Shown here: in pieces, positions 54,329-64,000 of the stretch | How positions within the stretch are numbered: the stretch's first letter is position 1 | How the letters are laid out: every line of letters begins with the position of its first letter | Origin: Escherichia phage vB_EcoM_CUA3 | DNA length: 64,000 nt | Sequence record: PP410321 | Reading direction: 5' to 3' (one strand) | The notes under the pieces: generated by a model | What the model was told of the DNA's origin: nothing | Seen by the model: only the letters and a program-made list of their open reading frames with translations | Database searches by the model: none | Program-made: the position numbers and the translations under genes

Positions 54329-54578
54329 ACAGTTCTACCACTTCAGTTTTTTCGTCTTCGAAACGTTCACGGGTGCCTTTATGATACAGGGAGAACAGCT
54401 GGTTAAACATTTTACCGTCGACACCAAGTTCAGTCTTAGCACGGTCTTTGATATCTTTAATTTCATCACCGTAGGCTTCCATTTTTAATTTAGTATCGGA
54501 AGCGGTTTTAATCAACTGGGCCAGGGTATTACCATGTTCTTCTTGATTGAATTCAACTTTCACTTTTTCTTTAGCCAT
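54309..54578 (-). CDS. dsbA: double-stranded DNA-binding protein DsbA
   Basis: 89 aa from MAKEKVKVEF... (same length as T4 DsbA); the ORF track start is an upstream GTG. Confidence 0.85.
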   Translation of the reverse strand: MAKEKVKVEFNQEEHGNTLAQLIKTASDTKLKMEAYGDEIKDIKDRAKTELGVDGKMFNQLFSLYHKGTRERFEDEKTEVVELYDTIFE

Positions 54579-54588
54579 TATATTCACC

Positions 54589-55536
54589 TTAATAAAAATC
54601 AGCTACTGTAGCAGTTAGTTTAGACAAACCGGATTTAACGAAATAAGGATAAACTTTAGATTTCGAAGGTTTGTTATACGTATTATATCTTTCAGTAATT
54701 AAAGCAACAATATCATCCGGAATAAAGTCCATATCAATTAAGATTTGGTTTTCACAGAAACGTTCATATTGTTCCTCAGTAAGAAGTGTTTTAATTATAT
54801 CATGGTCATAATAATTCAGAGCAATTGCTTCAAGCTCTTTAGCACGAGTACTTGGAGTACGTTCACCTTCAACCATAGTCAACCAATAATCACCACGAAC
54901 TTTAATACTTGCAACGTTATCCTTGCGGTCACCTTTAATAACCTTAGTTACGCAATCAAGCAAAGCATCACCGGATTTTGTTTTGACGAATTTTTTCTGC
55001 ATTGGAGACCATTGTTTTACCCCAGGGAATTTATGAAGCTGGGTAAAGTCACCATCAGAAGAACCAATCATAACCGGATGGCCTTTAGCCGTAAGGATTC
55101 GAGTCAACACAGCAATATGGTCATCAGCCTCGATTGTATCGATATTCATAACAATATAAGGCATGTTTTGTTCCAATTCATCCACAATAATATGCATTGC
55201 AGTGAATAAGCCTTCCCAATCAAATGGTGATTCGTCACGTGCCTTGGCACGGTTTTTCTTATAATAAGAAGAATAACGACGACGCCAATAACCTGATTTA
55301 GAGTTATCAACACAAATGATTAGCTGGTTGTAACCTTGTTTTTTAAAGTCTTTAATGTTTTTCTTGATTGAATTCAACACGAGGTGTCGAAGCATTGCTG
55401 TGGTTACTTTAGGAAATCCAGCATTTTCACCAAATTCTTGGAAGGCCGCCGCCATAATTATTTGGCTGAAATCCAGGAGTAAAAATCCATCTTTTTGTTG
55501 GTCTTCTTCAGGAAGTAAAAAATCTAAATCGTTCAT
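54589..55536 (-). CDS. rnh: RNase H / 5'-3' exonuclease (FEN-1 family)
   Basis: 315-aa ORF; conserved blocks LNSIK, GYWRR..YYKKNR, EADDHIAVL and SSDGDFTQLHK recalled from T4 RNase H. Confidence 0.95.
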   Translation of the reverse strand: MNDLDFLLPEEDQQKDGFLLLDFSQIIMAAAFQEFGENAGFPKVTTAMLRHLVLNSIKKNIKDFKKQGYNQLIICVDNSKSGYWRRRYSSYYKKNRAKARDESPFDWEGLFTAMHIIVDELEQNMPYIVMNIDTIEADDHIAVLTRILTAKGHPVMIGSSDGDFTQLHKFPGVKQWSPMQKKFVKTKSGDALLDCVTKVIKGDRKDNVASIKVRGDYWLTMVEGERTPSTRAKELEAIALNYYDHDIIKTLLTEEQYERFCENQILIDMDFIPDDIVALITERYNTYNKPSKSKVYPYFVKSGLSKLTATVADFY

Positions 55537-55567
55537 ATGAACCTCTGTCCAATTAGTGTAGAAGGTT

Positions 55568-55596
55568 ATTATATCATGACCCTAGAAGAAGTAAAC
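55568..55596 (-). promoter_or_regulatory. early promoter for rnh
   Basis: Minus strand reads GTTTAC, 17 bp, TATAAT; textbook sigma70 spacing. Confidence 0.6.
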
Positions 55597-55603
55597 ACTT
55601 TGC

Positions 55604-55611
55604 TATAAATA
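55604..55611 (+). promoter_or_regulatory. late promoter TATAAATA for gene 34
   Basis: Exact TATAAATA about 33 nt upstream of gene 34 ATG, back-to-back with the rnh early promoter. Confidence 0.55.
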
Positions 55612-55643
55612 GTTCTATACCCTGAAAACGAAAAGGAAATAAA

Positions 55644-58600
55644 ATGGCTGATATTTTAAAACCTGCATTCCGTGCTACATCCGGACTCGATGCTGCGGGC
55701 GAGAAAGTTATCAATGTTGCCAAAGCCGATTACAATGTACTAGATGATGGCGTCAACGTTGAATTCTTTATAGATGAGAACACCATCCAGGCGTACGACG
55801 AGACGCGCGGATATAAGAAAGGGTTTGCAGTAATCCATGACCAACGTATTTGGGTTGCTCAACGTGATATCGATGCGCCAGCTGGAACTTTTGTACCTGG
55901 TTATTGGACCGCTACCCGTACTGACCCTAAGTGGATTACCGTAGCATCTCCTACTCGCCAGTTGGCTTCCGGTGAATATATTGCAGTGGATTCTGCGGCT
56001 AGCTTTACTACATTTACTCTGCCTCCGAACCCTACAGACGGTGATACCATTGTAATCAAAGATATCGGTGGTCGTGTAGGTTATAATGAAATCAAAGTTC
56101 AATCTAGTTCTGCACCTGGTGGTGGTAACCAGAAAATTGTTCGATTTGGTAATCAGTTCTCTGAAACTCTGATAACCAAACCTTTTTCTTATAACATGCT
56201 TATCTTTGCTAATCGTTTATGGCATTTCTGGGAAGCTGGTAACGAAGAACGTGGTATTCGTGTAGAGCCTAACACCGCTCAGTTCCAAGCTCAAGCAGGT
56301 GATAACGTTTTACGTCGTTATACTTCTGGTGCAGTAATTAAATTTACTCTTCCTAAGTATGCGAACCAAGGTGATATGGTTAAAACCGTTGATATCGATG
56401 GTCTTGGAAGTAAGTTCCATTTAATCGTTGAAACGTTTGATGCATCGTCTTCATTAGGTAAGCCCGACCAGCATAGCATGGAATTCCGTACCTCCGGTGA
56501 TGGATTCTTTGTTTATAACTCTGTTGAAAAAATGTGGTATGTTTGGGACGGCGATCGTCAAACTCGTTTACGTGTAATTCGTGACGATGTTGAGCTCTTG
56601 GCTAATGAAAGCGTTATCGTTTTTGGTCCTAATAATACGACCCCACAAACTATTAATATCACTTTACCTACTAACGTAGCGCAAGGCGATACTATTAAAA
56701 TCGCATTGAACTACCTTCGTAAAGCTCAGACCGTAAATATTAAGGCCGCTGTAGGAGATAAGATTGCTTCTTCGGTTCAATTACTCCAGTTCCCTAAACG
56801 TTCGGAATATCCACCAGATACTGAATGGGTTCTGAATGACGTACTGACCTTTAATGGTAACTTAAGTTATACTCCGGTTATTGAACTTAGCTATATCGAA
56901 GATACCACCACAGGTGGAAAATATTGGGTTGTTGCTCAGAACGTTCCTACTGTAGAACGTGTCGATTCTAAGGACGATTTAACTCGTGCTCGTCTTGGTG
57001 TTATTGCCCTTGCGTCTCAGACTCAGGCAAACGTCGACCATGAAAATAATCCTGAGAAAGAACTTGCAATTACTCCGCAGACTTTAGCCAATCGTGTAGC
57101 GACCGAAACTCGTCGTGGTATTGCTCGTATTGCTACAACAGCTCAAGTTAACCAGAACACGACTTTCGCTTTCCAGGACGATTTGATTATTTCTCCTAAG
57201 AAATTAAACGAACGTACTGCTACCGAAACTCGTCGCGGTGTCGCTGAAATTGCTACGCAACAGGAAACTGATGCTGGTGTTGATGATACAACCATTATCA
57301 CTCCTAAGAAGCTACAGACGCGCCAGGGAACTGAAACCCTGTCTGGTATAGTAAAATATNNNNNNNNNNNNNNNNNNNNNNNNNNNNNNNNNNNNNNNAC
57401 TGTAGGTACCAACGTTTATAATAAGAACNNNNNNNNTTTAGTTATTTCTCCTAAAGCTTTAGACCAGTATAAAGCTNNNNNNNNNNNNNNNNNNNNNNNN
57501 NNNNNNNNNNNNNNNNNNNNNNNNNNNNNNNNNNNNNNNNNNNNNNNNNNNNNNNNNNNNNNNNNNNNNNNNNNNNNNNNNNNNNNNNNNNNNNNNNNNN
57601 NNNNNNNNNNNNNNTTAATTGAAATTGCTACGCAAGCAGAGACTGATGCTGGAACTGATTATACTCGTGCGGTAACGCCCAAGACGTTAAATGATAGGAA
57701 GGCTACAGANNGATTAACTGGTATTGCTCGTATTGGTACTCAAGTAGAATTTGATGCAGGTGTATTAGATAATGTTATTTCAACTCCGTTGAAAATTAAA
57801 ACAAGATTTAATGATACTGCTAGAACTTCTGTCTCAGCAGCCAGTGGTTTGGTTGAATCAGGAACCTTATGGAACCATTATACACTAGATATCCGTGAAG
57901 CAAGTAATACCCAACGTGGTACGGCTCGTTTGGCTACCCAAACTGAAGTTAATNNNNNNNNNNNNNNNNNNNNNNNNNNNNNNNNNNNNNNNNNNNNNNN
58001 NNNNNNNNNNNNNNNNNNNNNNNNNNNNNNNNNNNNNNNNNNNNNNNNNNNNNNNNNNNNNNNNNNNNNNNNNNNNNNNNNNNNNNNNNNNNNNNNNNNN
58101 NNNNNNNNNNNNNNNNNNNNNNNNNNNNNNNNNNNNNNNNNNNNNNNNNNNNNNNNNNNNNNNNNNNNNNNNNNNNNNNNNNNNNNNNNNNNNNNNNNNN
58201 NNNNNNNNNNNNNNNNNNNNNNNNNNNNNNNNNNNNNNNNNNNNNNNNNNNNNNNNNNNNNNNNNNNNNNNNNNNNNNNNNNNNNNNNNNNNNNNNNNNN
58301 NNNNNNNNNNNNNNNNNNNNNNNNNNNNNNNNNNNNNNNNNNNNNNNNNNNNNNNNNNNNNNNNNNNNNNNNNNNNNNNNNNNNNNNNNNNNNNNNNNNN
58401 NNNNNNNNNNNNNNNNNNNNNNNNNNNNNNNNNNNNNNNNNNNNNNNNNNNNNNNNNNNNNNNNNNNNNNNNNNNNNNNNNNNNNNNNNNNNNNNNNNNN
58501 NNNNNNNNNNNNNNNNNNNNNNNNNNNNNNNNNNNNNNNNNNNNNNNNNNNNNNNNNNNNNNNNNNNNNNNNNNNNNNNNNNNNNNNNNNNNNNNNNNNN

Positions 58601-59612
58601 NNNNNNNNNNNNNNNNNNNNNNNNNNNNNNNNNNNNNNNNNNNNNNNNNNNNNNNNNNNNNNNNNNNNNNNNNNNNNNNNNNNNNNNNNNNNNNNNNNNN
58701 NNNNNNNNNNNNNNNNNNNNNNNNNNNNNNNNNNNNNNNNNNNNNNNNNNNNNNNNNNNNNNNNNNNNNNNNNNNNNNNNNNNNNNNNNNNNNNNNNNNN
58801 NNNNNNNNNNNNNNNNNNNNNNNNNNNNNNNNNNNNNNNNNNNNNNNNNNNNNNNNNNNNNNNNNNNNNNNNNNNNNNNNNNNNNNNNNNNNNNNNNNNN
58901 NNNNNNNNNNNNNNNNNNNNNNNNNNNNNNNNNNNNNNNNNNNNNNNNNNNNNNNNNNNNNNNNNNNNNNNNNNNNNNNNNNNNNNNNNNNNNNNNNNNN
59001 NNNNNNNNNNNNNNNNNNNNNNNNNNNNNNNNNNNNNNNNNNNNNNNNNNNNNNNNNNNNNNNNNNNNNNNNNNNNNNNNNNNNNNNNNNNNNNNNNNNN
59101 NNNNNNNNNNNNNNNNNNNNNNNNNNNNNNNNNNNNNNNNNNNNNNNNNNNNNNNNNNNNNNNNNNNNNNNNNNNNNNNNNNNNNNNNNNNNNNNNNNNN
59201 NNNNNNNNNNNNNNNNNNNNNNNNNNNNNNNNNNNNNNNNNNNNNNNNNNNNNNNNNNNNNNNNNNNNNNNNNNNNNNNNNNNNNNNNNNNNAAGTTAAA
59301 TCACCTGGTACATTAACCCAGTTCGGTAATACNNNNNNNNNNNNNNNNNNNNNNNNNNNNNNNNNNNNNNNNNNNNNNNNNNNNNNNNNNNNNNNNNNNN
59401 NNNNNNNNNNNNNNNNNNNNNNNNNNNNNNNNNNNNNNNNNNNNNNNNNNNNNNNNNNNNNNNNNNNNNNNNNNNNNNNNNNNNNNNNNNNNNNNNNNNN
59501 NNNNNNNNNNNNNNNNNNNNNNNNNNNNNNNNNNGATTGGCTGCGTATTGGTAACGTTCGTATAATTCCAGACCCAGTAACTCGTTCTGTTAAATTCGAA
59601 TGGATTGAATAA
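55644..59612 (+). CDS. 34: long tail fibre proximal subunit gp34 (interior partly masked)
   Basis: 1322-codon frame open across the masked segments (T4 gp34 1289 aa); repeated ...ETRRG.A.IAT.. fibre motifs; first gene after the late promoter. Confidence 0.9.
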   Translation: MADILKPAFRATSGLDAAGEKVINVAKADYNVLDDGVNVEFFIDENTIQAYDETRGYKKGFAVIHDQRIWVAQRDIDAPAGTFVPGYWTATRTDPKWITVASPTRQLASGEYIAVDSAASFTTFTLPPNPTDGDTIVIKDIGGRVGYNEIKVQSSSAPGGGNQKIVRFGNQFSETLITKPFSYNMLIFANRLWHFWEAGNEERGIRVEPNTAQFQAQAGDNVLRRYTSGAVIKFTLPKYANQGDMVKTVDIDGLGSKFHLIVETFDASSSLGKPDQHSMEFRTSGDGFFVYNSVEKMWYVWDGDRQTRLRVIRDDVELLANESVIVFGPNNTTPQTINITLPTNVAQGDTIKIALNYLRKAQTVNIKAAVGDKIASSVQLLQFPKRSEYPPDTEWVLNDVLTFNGNLSYTPVIELSYIEDTTTGGKYWVVAQNVPTVERVDSKDDLTRARLGVIALASQTQANVDHENNPEKELAITPQTLANRVATETRRGIARIATTAQVNQNTTFAFQDDLIISPKKLNERTATETRRGVAEIATQQETDAGVDDTTIITPKKLQTRQGTETLSGIVKYXXXXXXXXXXXXXTVGTNVYNKNXXXLVISPKALDQYKAXXXXXXXXXXXXXXXXXXXXXXXXXXXXXXXXXXXXXXXXXXXXXXLIEIATQAETDAGTDYTRAVTPKTLNDRKATXXLTGIARIGTQVEFDAGVLDNVISTPLKIKTRFNDTARTSVSAASGLVESGTLWNHYTLDIREASNTQRGTARLATQTEVNXXXXXXXXXXXXXXXXXXXXXXXXXXXXXXXXXXXXXXXXXXXXXXXXXXXXXXXXXXXXXXXXXXXXXXXXXXXXXXXXXXXXXXXXXXXXXXXXXXXXXXXXXXXXXXXXXXXXXXXXXXXXXXXXXXXXXXXXXXXXXXXXXXXXXXXXXXXXXXXXXXXXXXXXXXXXXXXXXXXXXXXXXXXXXXXXXXXXXXXXXXXXXXXXXXXXXXXXXXXXXXXXXXXXXXXXXXXXXXXXXXXXXXXXXXXXXXXXXXXXXXXXXXXXXXXXXXXXXXXXXXXXXXXXXXXXXXXXXXXXXXXXXXXXXXXXXXXXXXXXXXXXXXXXXXXXXXXXXXXXXXXXXXXXXXXXXXXXXXXXXXXXXXXXXXXXXXXXXXXXXXXXXXXXXXXXXXXXXXXXXXXXXXXXXXXXXXXXXXXXXXXXXXXXXXXXXXXXXXXXXXXXXXXVKSPGTLTQFGNXXXXXXXXXXXXXXXXXXXXXXXXXXXXXXXXXXXXXXXXXXXXXXXXXXXXXXXXXXXXXXXXXXXXDWLRIGNVRIIPDPVTRSVKFEWIE

Positions 59613-59620
59613 GAGGTAAT

Positions 59621-60800
59621 ATGGAAAGATTTATGGCTGAATTTGGACAAGATTACGTTCAAATTCCTGTACTATCTGAAAATAATGCCGTTAGTTATAA
59701 ACTTAGTATAGCAGGGAGCTGTACTAAGTCCACTAAAAAGGCTTATATTAAATTTCAAGATGAGGACTTCGGTCCNNNNNNNNNNNNNNNNNNNNNNNNN
59801 NNNNNNNNNNNNNNNNNNNNNNNNNNNNNNNNNNNNNNNNNNNNNNNNNNNNNNNNNNNNNNNNNNNNNNNNNNNNNNNNNNNNNNNNNNNNNNNNNNNN
59901 NNNNNNNNNNNNNNNNNNNNNNNNNNNNNNNNNNNNNNNNNNNNNNNNNNNNNNNNNNNNNNNNNNNNNNNNNNNNNNNNNNNNNNNNNNNNNNNNNNNN
60001 NNNNNNNNNNNNNNNNNNNNNNNNNNNNNNNNNNNNNNNNNNNNNNNNNNNNNNNNNNNNNNNNNNNNNNNNNNNNNNNNNNNNNATGGAACACGTTCTT
60101 TATAACGACGGCGTTTTAGTTGAAGATGTTTCAACTCCATTAGAAGTNNNNNNNNNNNNNNNNNNNNNNNNNNNNNNNNNNNNNNNNNNNNNNNNNNNNN
60201 NNNNNNNNNNNNNNNNNNNNNNNNNNNNNNNNNNNNNNNNNNNNNNNNNNNNNNNNNNNNNNNNNNNNNNNACTCCTTGTGCGGATTATAANATGGTTCC
60301 TGGGGATTTCTTTTATCTTAAATTCCAAATGACTTATGACCAGGCTTTAAAAGATTTAGGGACGACCCAGATGTCNNNNNNNNNNNNNNNNNNNNNNNNN
60401 NNNNNNNNNNNNNNNNNNNNNNNNNNNNNNNNNNNNNNNNNNNNNNNNNNNNNNNNNNNNNNNNNNNNNNNNNNNNNNNNNNNNNNNNNNNNNNNNNNNN
60501 NNNNNNNNNNNNNNNNNNNNNNNNNNNNNNNNNNNNNNNNNNNNNNNNNNNNNNNNNNNNNNNNNNNNNNNNNNNNNNNNNNNNNNNNNNNNNNNNNNNN
60601 NNNNNNNNNNNNNNNNNNNNNNNNNNNNNNNNNNNNNNNNNNNNNNNNNNNNNNNNNNNNNNNNNNNNNNNNNNNNNNNNNNNNNNNNNNNNNNNNNNNN
60701 NNNNNNNNNNNNNNNNNNNNNNNNNNNNNNNNNNNNNNNNNNNNNNNNNNNNNNNNNNNNNNNNNNNNNNNNNNNNNNNNNNNNNNNNNNNNNNNNNNNN
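59621..60800 (+). CDS. 35: long tail fibre hinge protein gp35 (most of the gene masked; 3' end approximate)
   Basis: N-terminus MERFMAEFGQDYVQIPVLSENNAVSYKLSIAGSC recalled as matching T4 gp35 (MEKFMAEFGQGYVQTP...); end inferred from T4 length and the gene 36 position. Confidence 0.7.
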
Positions 60801-61466
60801 NNNNNNNNNNNNNNNNNNNNNNNNNNNNNNNNNNNNNNNNNNNNNNNNNNNNNNNNNNNNNNNNNNNNNNNNNNNNNNNNNNNNNNNNNNNNNNNNNNNN
60901 NNNNNNNNNNNNNNNNNNNNNNNNNNNNNNNNNNNNNNNNNNNNNNNNNNNNNNNNNNNNNNNNNNNNNNNNNNNNNNNNNNNNNNNNNNNNNNNNNNNN
61001 NNNNNNNNNNNNNNNNNNNNNNNNNNNNNNNNNNNNNNNNNNNNNNNNNNNNNNNNNNNNNNNNNNNNNNNNNNNNNNNNNNNNNNNNNNNNNNNNNNNN
61101 NNNNNNNNNNNNNNNNNNNNNNNNNNNNNNNNNNNNNNNNNNNNNNNNNNNNNNNNNNNNNNNNNNNNNNNNNNNNNNNNNNNNNNNNNNNNNNNNNNNN
61201 NNNNNNNNNNNNNNNNNNNNNNNNNNNNNNNNNNNNNNNNNNNNNNNNNNNNNCCTGGTAACACCCCTACTAAAGCCCAAGTAGGTTTNGCGATNGTAGA
61301 TAACGCAAAACAGGTCCAAATAAATAATAGTAACATACAANNNNNNNNNNNNNNNNNNNNNNNNNNNNNNNNNNNNNNNNNNNNNNNNNNNNNNNNNNNN
61401 NNNNNNNNNNNNNNNNNNNNNNNNNNNNNNNNNNNNNNNNNNNNTNAAGATTTTGGATATTATTAA
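60801..61466 (+). CDS. 36: long tail fibre distal-half small subunit gp36 (mostly masked; start approximate)
   Basis: The visible fragment 61254-61340 and the terminal ...DFGYY-stop at 61464-61466 are in one frame; T4 gp36 ends in DFGYY as I recall it. Confidence 0.55.
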   Translation, partial: XXXXXXXXXXXXXXXXXXXXXXXXXXXXXXXXXXXXXXXXXXXXXXXXXXXXXXXXXXXXXXXXXXXXXXXXXXXXXXXXXXXXXXXXXXXXXXXXXXXXXXXXXXXXXXXXXXXXXXXXXXXXXXXXXXXXXXXXXXXXXXXXXXXXXXXPGNTPTKAQVGXAXVDNAKQVQINNSNIQXXXXXXXXXXXXXXXXXXXXXXXXXXXXXXXXXXXXDFGYY

Positions 61467-61474
61467 GAGGCATT

Positions 61475-64000
61475 ATGGCTACTTTAAANNNNATCCAATT
61501 TAAAAGAAGTAAANNNNNNNNNNNNNNNNNNNNNNNNGCCCAGTTAGATGAAGGTGAACTGGCTATTAACTTNNNNNNNNNNNNNNNNNNNNNNNNNNNN
61601 NNNNNNNNNNNNNNNNNNNNNNNNNNNNNNNNNNNNNNNNNNNNNNNNNNNNNNNNNNNNNNNNNNNNNNNNNNNNNNNNNNNNNNNNNNNNNNNNNNNN
61701 NNNNNNNNNNNNNNNNNNNNNNNNNNNNNNNNNNNNNNNNNNNNNNNNNNNNNNNNNNNNNNNNNNNNNNNNNNNNNNNNNNNNNNNNNNNNNNNNNNNN
61801 NNNNNNNNNNNNNNNNNNNNNNNNNNNNNNNNNNNNNNNNNNNNNNNNNNNNNNNNNNNNNNNNNNNNNNNNNNNNNNNNNNNNNNNNNNNNNNNNNNNN
61901 NNNNNNNNNNNNNNNNNNNNNNNNNNNNNNNNNNNNNNNNNNNNNNNNNNNNNNNNNNNNNNNNNNNNNNNNNNNNNNNNNNNNNNNNNNNNNNNNNNNN
62001 NNNNNNNNNNNNNNNNNNNNNNNNNNNNNNNNNNNNNNNNNNNNNNNNNNNNNNNNNNNNNNNNNNNNNNNNNNNNNNNNNNNNNNNNNNNNNNNNNNNN
62101 NNNNNNNNNNNNNNNNNNNNNNNNNNNNNNNNNNNNNNNNNNNNNNNNNNNNNNNNNNNNNNNNNNNNNNNNNNNNNNNNNNNNNNNNNNNNNNNNNNNN
62201 NNNNNNNNNNNNNNNNNNNNNNNNNNNNNNNNNNNNNNNNNNNNNNNNNNNNNNNNNNNNNNNNNNNNNNNNNNNNNNNNNNNNNNNNNNNNNNNNNNNN
62301 NNNNNNNNNNNNNNNNNNNNNNNNNNNNNNNNNNNNNNNNNNNNNNNNNNNNNNNNNNNNNNNNNNNNNNNNNNNNNNNNNNNNNNNNNNNNNNNNNNNN
62401 NNNNNNNNNNNNNNNNNNNNNNNNNNNNNNNNNNNNNNNNNNNNNNNNNNNNNNNNNNNNNNNNNNNNNNNNNNNNNNNNNNNNNNNNNNNNNNNNNNNN
62501 NNNNNNNNNNNNNNNNNNNNNNNNNNNNNNNNNNNNNNNNNNNNNNNNNNNNNNNNNNNNNNNNNNNNNNNNNNNNNNNNNNNNNNNNNNNNNNNNNNNN
62601 NNNNNNNNNNNNNNNNNNNNNNNNNNNNNNNNNNNNNNNNNNNNNNNNNNNNNNNNNNNNNNNNNNNNNNNNNNNNNNNNNNNNNNNNNNNNNNNNNNNN
62701 NNNNNNNNNNNNNNNNNNNNNNNNNNNNNNNNNNNNNNNNNNNNNNNNNNNNNNNNNNNNNNNNNNNNNNNNNNNNNNNNNNNNNNNNNNNNNNNNNNNN
62801 NNNNNNNNNNNNNNNNNNNNNNNNNNNNNNNNNNNNNNNNNNNNNNNNNNNNNNNNNNNNNNNNNNNNNNNNNNNNNNNNNNNNNNNNNNNNNNNNNNNN
62901 NNNNNNNNNNNNNNNNNNNNNNNNNNNNNNNNNNNNNNNNNNNNNNNNNNNNNNNNNNNNNNNNNNNNNNNNNNNNNNNNNNNNNNNNNNNNNNNNNNNN
63001 NNNNNNNNNNNNNNNNNNNNNNNNNNNNNNNNNNNNNNNNNNNNNNNNNNNNNNNNNNNNNNNNNNNNNNNNNNNNNNNNNNNNNNNNNNNNNNNNNNNN
63101 NNNNNNNNNNNNNNNNNNNNNNNNNNNNNNNNNNNNNNNNNNNNNNNNNNNNNNNNNNNNNNNNNNNNNNNNNNNNNNNNNNNNNNNNNNNNNNNNNNNN
63201 NNNNNNNNNNNNNNNNNNNNNNNNNNNNNNNNNNNNNNNNNNNNNNNNNNNNNNNNNNNNNNNNNNNNNNNNNNNNNNNNNNNNNNNNNNNNNNNNNNNN
63301 NNNNNNNNNNNNNNNNNNNNNNNNNNNNNNNNNNNNNNNNNNNNNNNNNNNNNNNNNNNNNNNNNNNNNNNNNNNNNNNNNNNNNNNNNNNNNNNNNNNN
63401 NNNNNNNNNNNNNNNNNNNNNNNNNNNNNNNNNNNNNNNNNNNNNNNNNNNNNNNNNNNNNNNNNNNNNNNNNNNNNNNNNNNNNNNNNNNNNNNNNNNN
63501 NNNNNNNNNNNNNNNNNNNNNNNNNNNNNNNNNNNNNNNNNNNNNNNNNNNNNNNNNNNNNNNNNNNNNNNNNNNNNNNNNNNNNNNNNNNNNNNNNNNN
63601 NNNNNNNNNNNNNNNNNNNNNNNNNNNNNNNNNNNNNNNNNNNNNNNNNNNNNNNNNNNNNNNNNNNNNNNNNNNNNNNNNNNNNNNNNNNNNNNNNNNN
63701 NNNNNNNNNNNNNNNNNNNNNNNNNNNNNNNNNNNNNNNNNNNNNNNNNNNNNNNNNNNNNNNNNNNNNNNNNNNNNNNNNNNNNNNNNNNNNNNNNNNN
63801 NNNNNNNNNNNNNNNNNNNNNNNNNNNNNNNNNNNNNNNNNNNNNNNNNNNNNNNNNNNNNNNNNNNNNNNNNNNNNNNNNNNNNNNNNNNNNNNNNNNN
63901 NNNNNNNNNNNNNNNNNNNNNNNNNNNNNNNNNNNNNNNNNNNNNNNNNNNNNNNNNNNNNNNNNNNNNNNNNNNNNNNNNNNNNNNNNNNNNNNNNNNN
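61475..64000 (+). CDS. 37: long tail fibre distal subunit gp37 (only the first ~30 codons visible; rest masked, 3' end outside window)
   Basis: AAGAGG SD then MATL.IQFKRSK...AQLDEGELAINL, recalled as the T4 gp37 N-terminus. Confidence 0.7.
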   Translation, partial: MATLXXIQFKRSKXXXXXXXXAQLDEGELAINXXXXXXXXXXXXXXXXXXXXXXXXXXXXXXXXXXXXXXXXXXXXXXXXXXXXXXXXXXXXXXXXXXXXXXXXXXXXXXXXXXXXXXXXXXXXXXXXXXXXXXXXXXXXXXXXXXXXXXXXXXXXXXXXXXXXXXXXXXXXXXXXXXXXXXXXXXXXXXXXXXXXXXXXXXXXXXXXXXXXXXXXXXXXXXXXXXXXXXXXXXXXXXXXXXXXXXXXXXXXXXXXXXXXXXXXXXXXXXXXXXXXXXXXXXXXXXXXXXXXXXXXXXXXXXXXXXXXXXXXXXXXXXXXXXXXXXXXXXXXXXXXXXXXXXXXXXXXXXXXXXXXXXXXXXXXXXXXXXXXXXXXXXXXXXXXXXXXXXXXXXXXXXXXXXXXXXXXXXXXXXXXXXXXXXXXXXXXXXXXXXXXXXXXXXXXXXXXXXXXXXXXXXXXXXXXXXXXXXXXXXXXXXXXXXXXXXXXXXXXXXXXXXXXXXXXXXXXXXXXXXXXXXXXXXXXXXXXXXXXXXXXXXXXXXXXXXXXXXXXXXXXXXXXXXXXXXXXXXXXXXXXXXXXXXXXXXXXXXXXXXXXXXXXXXXXXXXXXXXXXXXXXXXXXXXXXXXXXXXXXXXXXXXXXXXXXXXXXXXXXXXXXXXXXXXXXXXXXXXXXXXXXXXXXXXXXXXXXXXXXXXXXXXXXXXXXXXXXXXXXXXXXXXXXXXXXXXXXXXXXXXXXXXXXXXXXXXXXXXXXXXXXXXXXXXXXXXXXXXXXXXXXXXXXXXXXXXXXXXXXXXXXXXXXXXXXXXXXXXXXXXXXXXXXXXXXXXXXXXXXXXXXXXXXX

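Overview
This window is a T4-like (Tevenvirinae-type) myovirus genome segment, collinear with the phage T4 map, with about 16% of bases N-masked. Plus strand: the 3' end of terminase gene 17, then late structural genes 18-19-20-67-68-21-22-23-24, uvsW/uvsW.1, baseplate hub genes 51-27-28-29-48-54 and long tail fibre genes 34-35-36-37 (heavily masked). Minus strand: rnlB, hoc, inh, uvsY, 25-26, then a long early/middle block (two alt paralogs, DNA ligase 30, 31, cd, pseT, spanins, alc, rnlA, denA, nrdB, nrdA, td, frd, 32, 59, 33, dsbA, rnh). Regulatory signals fit T4 rules: TATAAATA late promoters before late genes, sigma70-like early promoters (GTTTAC, 17 bp, TACTAT/TATAAT) before minus-strand early genes, and GC hairpin terminators at convergent junctions. 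No tRNA, CRISPR, intron or homing endonuclease was seen in the unmasked sequence. I found no decisive evidence of a wholly new system. The best candidates for a second look are deviations from T4: a tandem second copy of vertex gene 24, tandem Alt ADP-ribosyltransferase paralogs, a NADAR/YbiA-like gene beside a HAD-like hydrolase next to ligase, a small coupled ORF between frd and td, and a conserved block in a repeated early-promoter family. Protein identifications rest on my recall of T4 sequences and on synteny, not on a database search.
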